A stretch of DNA of 64,000 nt from Malacoraja senta (GCA_038087875.1 JAXLNO010005297.1:248001-312000); one strand, 5' to 3'; counted from the stretch's first letter, positions 24,109 to 38,294 are shown. The notes: generated by a model not told the origin, from the letters alone. Translations and numbers: made by a program.

Positions 24109-25029
24109 TTTGGAGTTTAGAAGAATTAGGGTTGATGTGTTTGGAACATATAAGGTCCTTAGAGACTGGACAGGGAAAATGTTAACCAAAAATAAAACTG
24201 TTGAAGAAACTTGATTGGTCAAGCAAACAATCTTGGGGGTGGGTGGGGGGTGTGGGGAGTACGTGGAGGAGGGAATGGTCTCCTTTTGGGTCATGACCCT
24301 GCATTAGGTAGATGTAGAGATGTATCCATCAATGGGAGAATCTGAATATAGGAAAATAGTTGTAGGATTATGGATAGTCATATAAAGAGGTGCGTAGGAA
24401 CATCTCTTGGAGGGAGATCTCCGAAATTCGTAAAGCTGGATATTGTGTAAGCTAGATCATAAATATTTATAAATGACGTTTTTCATTGAAAGTTCCGTGC
24501 ATTTAAGCCAATGGGGAACTGGTACAAAACAGGTAGAGGCCCCGAATACAACGGTGGACGCTGGACCAAGGGTCTGTAAGAAGGAACCAGTGGCCTCAAC
24601 TTACACGCACTCAATGTTAGCTGAGGAAGGCATCACGGGGGCATGAATCTTGAAGATGGACGAGCAAGGAGAGGGGCGACGGGTCGCAGATCGACGATAT
24701 GGAGGCGGCAGCTGCGAAAGATCGTGATGGCCAACAGAATTTGGTGTTTAAAAATGGCGCTAAAAACCCTTGCATATAATAATAATAATGGATTTTATTT
24801 ACGGGCGCCTTATACCGAGGTCTCAAGGACACCATACAGAGATTTATAGAAAACATATAATCAGAATTTTAAAAAATAGGTTATAAAGACCAATACATAA
24901 ATCAGGGACAGAATTCCTTCCAAAAACACAAAAAAAAAGAAAATCAGAAGCACAACTTGAGGAGAGAGCAGCGGCAATTTAACGCCAGCGTCCACTCCCC
25001 CCTCCGACCGCCATCTTGAACACAGACTA

Positions 25030-25750
25030 ACAAATACAATTACAAACAATTACATACAAAAATCATCCCCCCACAGTGATTTCCACTGTGGGGGAAGGCA
25101 CAATGTCCAGTCCCCAGCCCCAGTTCACCCAAAAAGTCAGGCCAAATGAAGCCCCCGCTATTGCCTCTACGAAGGCCCGATGAACCTGGCCGTTCTCGCC
25201 GGGTGATGTAGCCGGAGGCCGTAACTACGGCTGGAACGGCCGACTTTTCCCGCAGGCGTCCGCAGCACCTGAAGCCGACAAGGCCGCGCCGACTTGGAGC
25301 TCAAGGCTCCCGGTGTTGGAGTCGGCGCCGCCGCCCCGCGAATGGTCGCTCCAGTCCCGGAGGTGTTGAGCTCGGCGGTCCAGCTCACCGGAGTTCCAGC
25401 GCGTCGGTCCAGCGCGGCGACCCAGGCAAGGCATCGCCCGCTCCGCTGCACAGTAGCGCTCCAGCGCCGTGCCGCCACCGAAGCTGAGGGTGCTGTGCGG
25501 TTCCCGCCAGGAAACGCCGCTCCACGCCGCTCCACGCCCGTTGGTAGGCCGCGAGGACGGGTCGAATGGGCAGCCGGAGAGAAGGCTGCCTCACCGACCA
25601 GGTAGGGACCAGGAAGTGGTTTCCCTTTGATCCCCCACATTAAAGGCAAAAATAAATAAAAACAAAGACTTAAAGAAAACTAAAAAAACGTAGTAAAAAA
25701 GTACAATTAACGGACGGCTGCTGTTTTGCAGCCGTTCCTCAAGATGGCTC
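25030..25750 (-). mobile_element. GC-rich retroposon, divergent subfamily copy
   Basis: Minus strand tgccttcccccacagtggaaatcactgtggggg hairpin equivalent to that of the 18476 family; CpG-rich body. Confidence 0.45.
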
Positions 25751-25873
25751 ATGTGTTCATGTATTTTATAATTATGCATGGGAATAATCTCACTCATCTG
25801 TAAAAAAAAATAACTTCACTGTACCTTATTATACGTGATAAAAAATAAAGGATTCATTGATTGCCATTAATTG

Positions 25874-26921
25874 TAGGTATGTTACAATACTTACCTTCAG
25901 CGGCGCTGCAGTTCTGCCACTGGCCGTGTGCGTGACTTTGGCGCCTTTGAGGGTGGGGAGGGGGGTGCGGGGACTAAAATGCCGTTTTCTCCTGCCTGTC
26001 GGAGTCGATCCTTCTCAGGCTGTTAAGCTGCTGAAGAATAATCGACCCGACGCGTTCTCGGAAGTAAAAAAAAAAAATCGCGACCCAATTTAATCCCTGA
26101 AGTAAAATAAAAAAGCTACTTCTAACGCCGTCATCGCCGACAACGGGACGGATCTCACGTAGAGGACAAAACATAAGGTACGTCGTTTATTTTACATATA
26201 AACTTGTTTCTTAGGATTACTTTAATCCAAATTTCATTGGCGAAAATGTGATTATGGCCCCATACGAACCGGAAGTGTTTTTCCTGCCGATATGGGGTTC
26301 AAATTCACCGCAAACCGCAACGTTCCAAATGACCGCGTTCCACAAAATGTGACTCGCAAGATGATTTAAATGCCCATTAATTTATGGGAATTAAACACTA
26401 AATTCCTTCCATTTGGCCTATAAATTCATGACACTGAGATTAAAAAATCATGTTATATTGTGAATTATTGTGTGAATCTTATTTGGACACTCAGGCTATT
26501 TAAAATGTTATCCTTTTCTTAAGAAGTTGATAGATGTTTAGATCTAGTAATTGAATTTTGTAATTAGCTACAATTAGGTAACTAACTAATTATTATGCTT
26601 TCATTTCAGGTCATCCAAGTAAGATTGTTTCATATTTGCTTCAGAATTACTTCAATCTATAATAACTGAAAATGTCATTCAGTTCTCTTAATTTTTAAGA
26701 AATATATGGGCTTTTGACTGTCCTCGATCACAGCTTTTGAGTTAAGCCAATGGAAAAGCAATAGGGAACAAGATGCTAATTTCAGAGTATGGCCATAACT
26801 TTTTTTAATACTGAAGATATGAAAGTGAATTAGGTGTCAAATTAAACTTCTTTTTATGCTTTATCTGATGGGTAAATTGCAGACTTGATTTTTAAAATCT
26901 CAAAATTTTGTGACATTGCTA
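25874..26921. mobile_element. ~1.05-kb non-autonomous TIR DNA transposon (hAT-like TAG termini)
   Basis: taggtatgttacaa vs inverse of ttgtgacattgcta; flanks attaattg(ta) / attaagtg(ta) form an imperfect 7-9 bp TSD. Confidence 0.5.
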
Positions 26922-27361
26922 TTAAGTGTATATTCTCCGCTTACATTGAACTTCCCAAAGGATGGTGGAGGTTTTGCGAGTGATTGTTAGTAATCTCAGG
27001 CTCAAATTTATGTTCTACCATTATTGATCCTCCCTCAGAGAATCACCGCACAATCAGGGTGAACCAGAAAGCAGGACACACATTGGAAGTAGCAGGATTA
27101 CATTCCATTGCCATTGCCATTGCTCTAACTAATTTACCAACGAATCACCATCACACTACAGGAATAGTTCATATAATTAAACTCATGATTACATTCAATC
27201 ATGTCATTGAGAAATAATCAATGGTGTAATTAACCGAATGAAAGATGAACTAACTAAACTTAAACTAAACAAACTAATAACAATCAGAAATTATGGACGA
27301 ATAATCAGATGGATATAAATCCAGATATCGCATTGACAGTAGTTGCATTGACAGTATCGCA

Positions 27362-27985
27362 TTGACTCTTCACACCCACCACCCCACTCCACACACATCA
27401 CCCACACGCCCACCACCACTCCACACACACACTCCACCCCATACATTCACCACCCCACACATACCACCACCCCACCCCACACACGCACTCCACCCCACAC
27501 ATATCATCACCCCACCTCACACTACACCGTCTCACATATATCACCCACACGCCCACCACCACTCCACACACCCACTCCACCCCACACACTCCCCACACCA
27601 CACACACTCTCCTCACACACACATAATCCCACATACATGTCCCGCCCCCACACCCATATAACCATTCCACCCCCCACACACACAGTCACCACCCCCCACA
27701 CACACAATCCCACATCCACCACATCCACCACACTCACATACCCACTTCACACCCCCACACACACCCACCNNNNNNNNNNNNNNNNNNNNNNNNNNNNNNN
27801 NNNNNNNNNNNNNNNNNNNNNNNNNNNNNNNNNNNNNNNNNNNNNNNNNNNNNNNNNNNNNNNNNNNNNNNNNNNNNNNNNNNNNNNNNNNNNNNNNNNN
27901 NNNNNNNNNNNCGCCCATACCCATTCCACCCCCCCCCCCGCGCACACATACACAACCCCACTTCCGCCACACACTACCCCACAGG
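27362..27985. repeat. CA-rich low-complexity repeat spanning N-gap 27770-27911
   Basis: Paralog of 1576-2370. Confidence 0.9.
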
Positions 27986-28826
27986 CACAAGTGCCATGTA
28001 TTTGAAACGTTATTCAGAGAGATATGTTTACCTCACGGACACGGTGGATAGAACAGACTGTATTATACGCCTTATGGTAAGTCGCGGGAAATTTGATAAC
28101 CCGGGAAAACGGACGTAGACACGGCATCAGGACGAAACTCCCACCTAAGGCAGTGACGGGATGTGTGCATTCAGCAGCAAGAGTGAGAGAATGAGACAGG
28201 AGCTCAGTCAGACGCACGGGGTGGGTATGTAATCCGTCAACTAATCAGAGAGAATATATCTCATTTTACCCTGTCCTGACACTTGCTATGAACGACTGCA
28301 TGCGAATCTGCTCCTGTTTTTGACCTCATGCATTCCACTCCGTATCGACAGAGGATATTTGGATCGAGTTCAGTCGCATTGGTGCACAGACCGAATGACT
28401 GAGCATTTTATATTTAGCAACAAACTGTTGGGATTCTCATTTCGAAAGAATGCGAGCTGATTTACCATTTGGCATTCACTGGTCTTTAATGGAGCGAGTC
28501 TGTGAAGAGACGGACCTGAGTCAGTGTGACAGCAGCGCCGGCGTAATCCCGCTCAACATAGAGAGGCAGCGGCAGACAGACCGCTCCTCCTCGTGGCTGC
28601 CGCGGGGAATGGCAGCTCTGCGTCGGCAGTGGCTGGGGCAGCGAGCGGTTTGGTGGGGCAGTTTGGTGGGGCAGTTTGGTGGGGCAGAAGAAGAGATCCT
28701 CTTGTTGGAATCGGAAGACATATTAGGGTCACAAATGCCATCTGTGGATCAGGTCACTGAGGATCCAAAGCGTGTCGGGGAGTGAGGGGGGAGGGTGAGC
28801 AGATGGGATGGAGAGGGCACGGATTC

Positions 28827-29737
28827 CTAAACCCCGCGGCGCTGAATGCATTTTACAATCAGAGTAAAGGGCGATTTCACCACATCTTTGAACTGCTGCC
28901 TGAACTTAGTCTGGGTGACGGCGTAAAGAGCAGTGTTTGTGCAACAACTCAGGGTCTGCAGCATGGCGGCCAGTTCGCCAATGATGGAATCCGGATAGTC
29001 CCAGCTACGAATTAATCCAGCCAGTCTGAACCACACAACATGTATCGCACGGAGCGCCCACAACACGATGAAATTTCCCGAGATGACCAGCAGTAAAATG
29101 AGAGATTTCCTGCGGCTCTCCATCTCCGGGTCTCTGCCACCCTCCCCACTGCTGGGACCCCGGAGTCTGCTGCGGGCTCTGCTCGCCACTAACACGTATC
29201 TGATGGTCAAAGTGTTGAATAAAACAATGAGGACAAATGGGATCGCGGGGGTGATGAGATATTGGAGAAACTCCCCGATTCCCCAGACCAGTGAGGTACG
29301 AACATCGACTGGAATCCCACAAAACCAGGGGGCATTAAATAGCAAGTACCCACCGCCCAACATAAAATACCAGAACGTGTTCTTTAAAAAGCTCAGCACG
29401 GTCACTGTCCCCAGAACCACAGCCGCCGTTCTCTCGGTGCAATATTTTGTTTTCAGCTTCTGGCAACAAATGGCCACAAATCGATCAAAGGTGAAGGTGA
29501 CGGTGAACCAGACAGAACAGTCGGTGACGGCGTAAAGCAAGACGGCGTGGATATTACACACTGGGACGTAGCGCAGGAACTGAAATGCACCATAGTAAGC
29601 AATGGGAAGCTGCCTCAGTATCAGGTCCAGAATAATGACCAGTAGATCGGCCGTTGCCATGGCGATCAGGTAGCGAGTGACACCTGTGGAGAGACCGCAC
29701 TTTCCCCGGGACAGGACTACAATCGTCAGCGCGTTCA
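28827..29737 (-). CDS. Gene C exon 2: GPR139/GPR142-like GPCR (intact paralog of gene A)
   Basis: Same 911-nt exon, acceptor at 29738/29737, DRF and TNTALY motifs; 11 aa differences from gene A exon 2. Confidence 0.92.
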
Positions 29738-30729
29738 CTGTGAAGAGGGAAGTAAACAGAGACATGACAGCGGACGAAGCAAACTCGGCAGATTCATCAA
29801 GGTGCAAATGAAATGCACAATCCTGTTCTGGGATTCAGAGCTGTAAAAGATTTTCTAACAAGGTTATCTACAAGTGATAATTCAACGAAATCAATTAGTG
29901 ATGATAAAATAAACTCATCAACTCGACTACTTAACAGATGAGAAGCTGCTGTTAGGAGGGTTCGGATAAATAATCTGACCGGTTTCTGACCATTGCTTAC
30001 TTCACCATGGGAGTTTAGCTCATTGGTTCACTGTGAATCGGGTTCAGTGTGGGCTGGAGAACAAACCCTCGTCCTGCTCTTTATGCAGGGACATTGTGTT
30101 AGTGTGAATCAATCAGCCCAGGGTTCTATTCATTGCCCAATGCGCCAGTGTAAGTCTGTTGGGGACAGAAATGGTTCCGATACGGAGCATTACGCAGACA
30201 CAGTGACATTGGGCGAAACTGGGCCAGATCCCAGCAGGAACCGTTCGCTTCAGTCGCACCTGGCAGGAGGAGGGAGGCAAAGGAAAGCGTGTCAGTATCT
30301 CAAGATTGCATTAAACCAGTAAAACATGTAAAACATGTAAAACTCCTATAAATCCCTTTATTGTTTGCAGCGGACAGTTTCCACAGCTGCCTATAGATCG
30401 CCAGGCGCACGGCAGCAGTGAATTACAGCAGGAGAATGAATTACAGGAACTGGAAAGGCGTTAACGATTGATTCCCGTTTTAATAACATTAACTGTGGAC
30501 ATGGTAGCAATGTAAAAATAACACGTATAAAAGGTAAGCAACACGCTGATGAACAGCGTGAAACGTCTGATCTCCACAATCAGACAGCATCAGCACATTA
30601 CCCGTTACTCAGTCGACGATTCCTTAAACAGAACACATCATTAATTGTCCGAGCTACAGACATTTATACCGGATCCCGTAACCGCCGCTTCTCACCTGAT
30701 GTTGCTCGGGAATTTAGACAGAGACTTAC

Positions 30730-30904
30730 CTGGAAGAGCAACAAGAGCTAGGATGGGATAAAAGACAAGCTGAATATTCATGATTAACATATAGATCCGA
30801 ACACTTAAGCTGTATCCAGACGCAAACATATCGTTTGCCGAATAGAACATACTCTTCTCCATCGCGGTAACTTCCCAGTCTACCGTTTTCAGAGACCGAT
30901 CCAT
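30730..30904 (-). CDS. Gene C exon 1
   Basis: ATG at 30904; donor CCAG|gtaagt at 30730/30729; 175 nt; 4 aa differences from gene A exon 1. Confidence 0.85.
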
Positions 30905-32579
30905 TTGTGTAACACCGCACTCACTGTTCCTCGATTGCACTCGGTGACAATCACTTCACTCTCTAATATTCTCGGATTCCTAAACATCCATCTAACATCC
31001 CACTTTATTGTTCACAGATTCCGAATGTTTTTCTCGGTCTGTGGAGCTGTTGCTCTGTGTCGGTGACGGACGGGATGCTCTCACGAACACTCTCATATCC
31101 CATCAACAGGGATGTTTTTATTGGAACTGGGAAACCTCCGGTGACACAACCGGGCTCCGTGCGGACTGACTTTAATTACACTCACTGAACAAACAACTAC
31201 TGTTAACTCTTTTGTGTCCGGGCACAAAGTGCCTCACGGAAAGGGTCCCAGTCATCATGGGTGATGATAGCCATGATTTATGTTCTGTCGAGTGGACTGT
31301 TGGTGCCAGGGAGCAATCTGCAGTGCTGATAGAATCCGCACCATCTCTCCGCAATCTCAATAATCGCGAGCAGTAATCTGAAATCGGAATGTTCAGATTA
31401 ATCGTTTCCATGGACGAGTGCATGGAAGTGGTATGTTGGGAACCTTGAATCATTTTATCTGACATCTTGATATAGAGAACAGGCGTTAGAAAATTAAATA
31501 AACGGACAGGCACCATGAGTTATATTTATATAAGGGATTTGGGGCCCAGCCAACAATTCTGTAATAAAGACAACCATCAGATCGCTTTTAAAATATTTTC
31601 CTCTTACCTTAAACCGATGTCCTGTTGAAGATGACATGGATAAAAAAAGTCGATCTCTGCTCTCCGTCCCTCGTATCCTGATACATTTCTTTCAGGTGAC
31701 ATCTCAACGTCCACGGCTGTAGGGAAGATGTCACGTTCTCCAATCTCAAGAGTCAGGAGTGTTTAATTTTGATATGTACAGAGAACTCAACAATATTTGT
31801 TTCTGAAAGCAGCATAACACACCTGTGAAGACAGCGCACACAGATAACACAAAGAACAAAAGAAAGTTCAATAAGCTAAAATAATCAATATTTGGGCAAA
31901 TCCAAGGCTGGAAATCTCAAACACTTTCCCAGTACATAGTTTAGTTGGTGTTTGCGGTGGTCAAGAGCCCTGTTGTTATGGAAATAAACGGTTCCTGAAA
32001 CTGGCGTGAGCACGGTTTGCAGACTCCGATATTCTTTCTCGGAATTTGGAGAGAAACAAGACCACGGACAGGGTGGTGAGGGTTCCAATTGGTTGCTGGT
32101 TGCCATTTCATGACACTGCCTCTTGCAGATTCATTAGATGGTGGATAGTTCAGGTGATGGATAGGACCGGTCGATGGCAACCACGTTTTTTAATCTCCTA
32201 CATTCCTGGGCTTTCAAAGTTCCGAACCAGGCCCTGTGGCAACCATTCAATATGGTCTATACCTTAGATCTGTAGAAGATCGAGAGAACATTCGTCACCA
32301 CACCTATGTCCTTTCTGGTCTAACAAACTCATTGAACCGTCGATGAAGACAGGTTCTTGGTTCTTGGTTCTTGGGAAAGTTAATCGATCCTCGGCCTTCC
32401 TCTTCTAAAATCAGCAATATACCACATCGCAGCCACTTGCCCATGGGAAACAAATTGACGAAGAGCGTCTGAGGTGTCTTGGATTGGACCAGGGGGTAGG
32501 ATGGAGTCCAGGTAGGTGGAAATTAATTCGGTGGGCCATGAGCACGCTGAAATAATGGGTCTACCAGGACAGTCAGAAG

Positions 32580-34148
32580 AAGCACGTAAGGACTTGGAGG
32601 CAAATGCTGTGCCGCTTTTCAAGAAGGACTGCAGGGAAAATACGGGGATCTATAGGCCAGTAAGCTTAATATCTGTAGTTTGGTAAGTTGCTGGAGAGTA
32701 TTCTGAGGGATAGGATATGAATGAATGAATGAATGAATGAATGAATGAATGAATGAATGAATGAATGAATAAGTTTATTGGCCAAGTAATCACATATAAG
32801 GAATTTGCCTTGGTGAATTTACAGAGATTTGGATGGGCAAGTGCCAATTAGGGACAGTTAGCATCGTTTTGTATGTGGGAGGTCTTGTCTCACGTGTCTG
32901 ATTGATTTTATTAAAGACTTGAGCAAAAAGGTTGATGAAGGCAGAGCTGTTGATGTTGTGTACATGGACTTTAGTAAGGCGTTCGACAAGGTGCCGCATG
33001 GTAGGCTGCTCTGGAAGGTTAGATCTTATGGGATCCAAGGAGAGATAGTAGAATGGATTGGAAATTGGCTCCATGTAAGGAAGCAGAGATTGATGGTGGA
33101 AGGTTGCTGCACAGAATGAAGGATTGTGACTAGTGCCGTGCCACAGGGTTCGGTGCTGGGCCCGTTACTGTTTGCCATCTACACCAATGATTTGGATGAC
33201 AACATACAGGGCAAGATTAGCAAGTTTCCTGATGATACAAAAGTTAGTGCTTTTGCAGATAGTGAAGATGGTTGTGAACGATTGCAGCAGGAGTCGGATC
33301 GATTGGCCAGGTGGGCACTGGAATGGTTGATGGAATTTAATACAGAGAAGTGTGAGGTGATGCATTTTGGGACGTCGAACAAGGGCAGGACCTAAGCAAT
33401 AAATGGCAGGCCTCTTGGTAGTGTTGTAGAGCAGAGTGATCTAGGAGAACAAGTGCATGGTTCCTTGAAGGTCGAGTAGCAGGTAGATAAGGTGGTCAAA
33501 ATGTCTTTTGGCACTTTGGCCTTCTTCAGTCAGGGTATTGAGTATATAAGTTGGGAGGTCATGTTGCAGTTGTGTCAGACGTTGGTGAGACCACATATAG
33601 AATATTGTGCTCAATTCTGGGAACCATGTTATAAGAAATATATTGTCAAGCTTGAAAGTGTTCCGAAAAGATTTCCGAGGGTTGCCAGGACTAGAGGGAG
33701 TGAGTTCTAGGGAGAGATTGAGTATGCTGGGTCTCTATTCCATGGAGCGTAAGAGGATGAGGGGAGATCTTATAGAAGTATAGAAAATCATGAGATGAAT
33801 AGATCGGGTTGATGCACAGACTTTTACCCAGAGGAGGGGAATCGAGGACCATGGGAAATAGGTTCAAGGTGAAGGGGATAAGATTTAATAGGAATCCGAG
33901 GGGTAACTTTTTCACATAGTGGGTGTATGGAACAAGCTGCCAGAAGAGGTAGTTGAAGCTGGAACTATCCCATCATTTAAGAAACAGTTGGACAGATACA
34001 TGGATAGGACTGGTTTGGAGGGTTATGGGCGTGTGGCTCAGGGACGCAGGGAAGTGTGGCTCGGATAGCTGGGACATTGTTGGCCGTTGCGGCCGTGTTG
34101 GGCCGAAGGGCCTGTTGCCTCACTGTATTACTCAATGACTCTATGAGT
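32580..34148 (+). mobile_element. Degenerate CR1 ORF2 (RT to 3' end), interrupted by a (TGAA)n-tailed insert at ~32717-32815
   Basis: DVVYMDFSKAFDKVPH, VPQGSVLGPLLF, KFPDDT, LVRPHIEYCAQFW. Confidence 0.9.
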
Positions 34149-34805
34149 CTAATTGGAACTACACTAACGAAAGGACAACCAATGCAGTGTGGAGTGGAAA
34201 ATGTTACTTGAACCATTTGGAATTACAATGTTGGTAGTTGGCTCTCACTAGGGAGACGCAAATGCAATTTGTTACGTTTCGTGTGTCTTCCGGAGCAGCC
34301 ATTAGAATAATACGTGGAGATGAACGTTGTATAGTTTGGTTCAAATATAGTTCAACTCACTGCCGACCACTGCCTACAACACGACCACCTGCGAAAGGAA
34401 TATTAAGGTGGCGGGTGGTCACGGTTTAGTAATTAACCTGACTGCCGAAAAATAAACCAATGTTCCAACATTACCGTTACTTTCCGGGCTGGACAATTTT
34501 AAATGCACACATTTTCTTGAAGTGAACGGGGAGAAGGCCGGACACTGTGGGAAGGGACCAAATCCAAGGAGGGTAAATTCCTACTTTAATCGGCAGAAGT
34601 TAGGTCCAATGGGAGAAGTTTTTTTCTTGCATCTCCACGTCTGACATGTCTAGCAAGAGCTGATTAAAGGCCACTTGATGCAAGTTCAGGACCGACATGT
34701 CCCTGTAAGGAGTCGGGATAAGGATGACAAATGGCCTTTGAGGACCAAAGAGATTGTCTGTAGGGTCAATGCCTAAAGGGAAGCGCATGAAAAGTTTAAG
34801 AAGAT

Positions 34806-35115
34806 GGGCGGCACGGTGGCGCAGCGGTAGAGTTTCAGCCTTCCAGCGCTTACAGATTACAGACCCGGATTCGATCAAGGCTACGCATGCTGTCTGTACG
34901 GAGTTTTCACGTTCCCCGTGACCATGTGGTTTTCTCCGAGATCTTCGTTTTTTCCCCACATTCCGAGGACGAATATTTTAGTAGGCTAATTGGCTTGGTA
35001 TAAATGCAAATGTTGTCCCTAGTGTGTGTAGGGTAATATTAGTGTGCGGGGATCGTTGGTCGCTGTGGATTCGCTGGGCCGAAGGGCCTGTTTCAACGAT
35101 GTACGTATAAACTAA
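34806..35115 (+). mobile_element. HE1/V-SINE-type SINE
   Basis: gggcggcacggtggcgcagcggtagag head; gggccgaagggcctgtttc tail. Confidence 0.85.
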
Positions 35116-35256
35116 TCGAAGGGTGAAAGCAAACAAGGCCTTTAAGGAATATATTGCAACGTGGAAAAAAACCTTCAAAGGGTTAAATTAGCAGCACCTA
35201 AAGGGACCCCTGTTTTGACGAGTAAGATTGTAGAAAGGCCCAGGGATTTGAATTAA

Positions 35257-35482
35257 AGAAGGAACTGCAGATGCTGGAAAATCGAAGGTACACAAAAATG
35301 CAGGAGAAACTCAGCGAGTGCAGCAGCATCTATGGAGCGAAGGAAATAGGCAACGTTTCGGGCCGAAACCCTTCTTGAGACTGATAGCGGGTGGGGAGAA
35401 GAAAGAAACAAAGGCGGAGTAGGAGCCCGACGGCTGAGGGATGGGAGGAGACAACCAGAGGGCTGAGGAAGGGGAGGAGACA
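35257..35482 (-). mobile_element. Penelope pseudo-LTR fragment with variant hammerhead motif (35352-35379)
   Basis: Reverse complement ctcaagaagggtttcggcccgaaacgtt (core G5->C). Confidence 0.6.
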
Positions 35483-36394
35483 TCACTTTTGATGAATAAA
35501 TTCTTTATAGTTGATGAGAAACAATAAGGTACATCCAAACTTCTTCCGACTCTTTACTATAATCTTCATCGAACTCCAGCTTATCGCTTTAAAGTTAGAA
35601 AACTCCTCGTGTCTCCGTTACACTTCGTATGATCACCTTTTCCATGCTGGTCCGCAACTAAACTAAAAACTAAGCTTCTGCGCAAGATACATAGCCACAA
35701 ACACGCCCAGAAAATACGTCATAAATCCCACCCACACTATAACGGGCAGTCTAAAATTTAAGGACACATGCCATCATTAATGACACACAAAACAAGCCAA
35801 ATGGCCAATACACCCAGCTCCACTTGCCCCGCCCCCATTTGCCGTCGTTACTTAACAGGCGTCACAAACTACACTTCACGCAGTTGGATCCTTGCAGGAA
35901 AACCACCATATTGTTTTCCAGTTACGACGGTAACCCAAGGGCTCCGCGGGGTAAGTTTGTTTCTGTTTGAATTTCTGCCCCATGGGCTGGGGTTGGATCC
36001 GTTGCGGGAATTGGGGGGCAGTCTCCCAGCTCCAGCACGCTCTCTGCCCCCCTCCCTCCTCCCCCACTCCCGCTCCACAACGCTTGCAGCCCACCCATCT
36101 CCGTCTCCTCATTGCTCGCTGCCCACCCCTCCATCACTCTGCAGCTCCACAACGCTCGCTGCCCTCCACCCTCCCCCCAAACATACCCCTCCCACACACA
36201 CACCGCTCACCCTACACCCCCTCCCCTCAACACCTCTCGCCCACACACACCCCTCCCCCATAACCCCCTCTCCCCCTCCTACATCCTCCCTCCCCACAGC
36301 TCGCCCACGGACACCCCATCCCCCGCAAACCCCCTCCCGCTCTCACATCCCTCCTCTCCCCACACCCCTCCCGCCCACATAGACACCACATTGT

Positions 36395-36725
36395 CTAGCG
36401 GGGCCTAACATCGCCCGGCGCGGCTTTAACGGCCACAAGACATACCATCGCCCGCCGGGGGCTTTAACATCGGGAGACCCAGTCGTCTCGACGCTGCAGT
36501 TGGACTGCTGGACCGCGGGAGAAGAACACAGGGAAGATATAAGACTGTTGCCTTCCATCACAGTGAGGAGATGTTGGATATTCACTGATGGATGTTTGTG
36601 CAAATTGTGTTAAGTGTGGGTCATTGTTTTTTTTTTGTAATTTTAAGACTGTAGAAATGCAATTCCGTTCAAACGAAGCTGTTTGAATGACAATAAAAGG
36701 CATCCTATCCTATCCTATCCTATCC
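36395..36725 (+). mobile_element. GC-rich retroposon 3' fragment with (TATCC)n tail
   Basis: ttgccttccatcacagtgagg...aatgacaataaa. Confidence 0.55.
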
Positions 36726-37479
36726 CCCTTACACACCCCGCTCCCATCCTCTCCTCCGACACATGAAGAGGAATGGGAGGGAGTGCAGGCGGATGAGGAA
36801 AAGTGAGCCGTGGTGGAGTGGTGGAATATTGCGTTGGGGAATGGGTTGCGTTGCGTGACCAGGCCTCCGGTGCAACGGGTCCTAGTGGAGACCCAGTGGA
36901 GGCCCAGTGGAGGCCCTGGTCCCGTCTCACTCTCCCTCATCACTCACCCCTCTCCCCTGCACGCCATCTGCGGTAATGGCGGTCCCGTCTACCCGTTCCC
37001 CCGGGACCGTCTCCTTCGCCGCCGCCGTTGCAGTAAGTCACCCTCACAGCCTTCTCGGAGGAGATCTTCTCCACCAGCTCTTCGATAGTCATGATGCAAA
37101 CCGTGACGAACACCGACTCCATCCCTTCACCCTCCCTCGCGGCCCGGCGGCGTCAGCGAGCATGCAGGGAGGTAGGCGGGTGGGCAGGGCGTGGAAGGGC
37201 CGATCGGCAGCAGCGGGCGGTCGGGCTGGGCGGGGACGTGTCTAGCGTCAGGCGCGGGTAGTCTGACAGGACAAAGGCGGGATGAGCGGCGGCTGAGCTG
37301 GAGTGGGCAGAATGATGGAGGGAGAGTCGGGTTGCCGGGTGGCCAAGCAGTTTGCCCGGAGTTTCAGTTTACTCTCTCTCACGCACGATGCAAACTGTTC
37401 CAATCGTCATGTCAACGGGATCTAAACCACATCTGACAATGAATGACCTGTGGAGGAAGGAACTGTAGATGCTGTTTTA

Positions 37480-38294
37480 TGTGGATATAGTGAGGTAGGG
37501 AGGGAGTGAGGGTGGGAGGGCGGCAGTGAGGGAGGTAGGGAAATAGGGAGGGAGGGAGGGAGGGAGGGAGGGAGTGAGGGAGGGAGGGAGGGAGGGAGGG
37601 AGGGAGGGAGGGAGGGAGGGAGGGAGGGAGGGAGGGAATGACAGAGGGTAGTGGAAAGTAGATGGAGGGAGAGGCGAGGGAGGGATTGGGGGAGGGAGGA
37701 GGAGAGGGGACCGATCCTGGGGAGGTGAGGAGGGAGGGTGGGGGGATTGAGAGTGGAAGGGGTAAGGAGGGAGAGGGGGAATGGGGGGTGAGGATAGTAG
37801 TGGAGGATGGAGAATGTAGGGAGAGGAGGGGGTGGGGGAATTAGGGAGTTGGGAATAGAGGGACAGGAGAGTAATGAGGGGGGAGGTCAGGAGGGATAGT
37901 GTGGAGAAAGTGGGAGGTGAGGTGTGAGGGTTGGGGGTATAGGAAGGGGGTAGGGAGGGGAGAGGAGTTATGGAGGGAGGGAGGGAGTGATTGAGGGTAG
38001 GGGAAAGGAGAGGGAGGGAGAAGTGAGGGTGGGGTTGGGAGAGGAGAGGAGGGGAGGAGGATAGGGGAACGAAGAGGGAGTGTGATGAGGAGTGGGAGGG
38101 AGTGCTGGAGGATGAGGGGAAATGAGCCGCACCTGCGCAGTTGGGGGCTATGCGTGAGTGGTGCAATATTGCGTTTGGGGAACAGGTTGCAACAGGGGAA
38201 CGGGTGAGTGGTGGAACATTGCATTGGGGAACGGGTTGCGTTGGGGACCAGTCCTCAAGTGTGACAGGTACCCAACGGGTACCCACTTCGCTAG
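37480..38294 (+). mobile_element. Possible non-autonomous Helitron carrying a (GGGA)n/purine-rich tract
   Basis: 3' hairpin ggtaccc-aac-gggtacc (38267-38283), then CTAG (38291-38294) followed by T; a related 3' end lies at 36760-36886. Confidence 0.4.

Larger units (their letters stand above)
26007..32705. repeat. Segmental duplication copy 2 (GPCR gene C unit)
   Basis: Colinear with 1-7170; may extend further left (partner sequence lies outside the window). Confidence 0.95.

Noticed and set aside
34806-34885. tRNA-like A/B boxes
   Set aside because: SINE heads, not tRNA genes; no complete cloverleaf.
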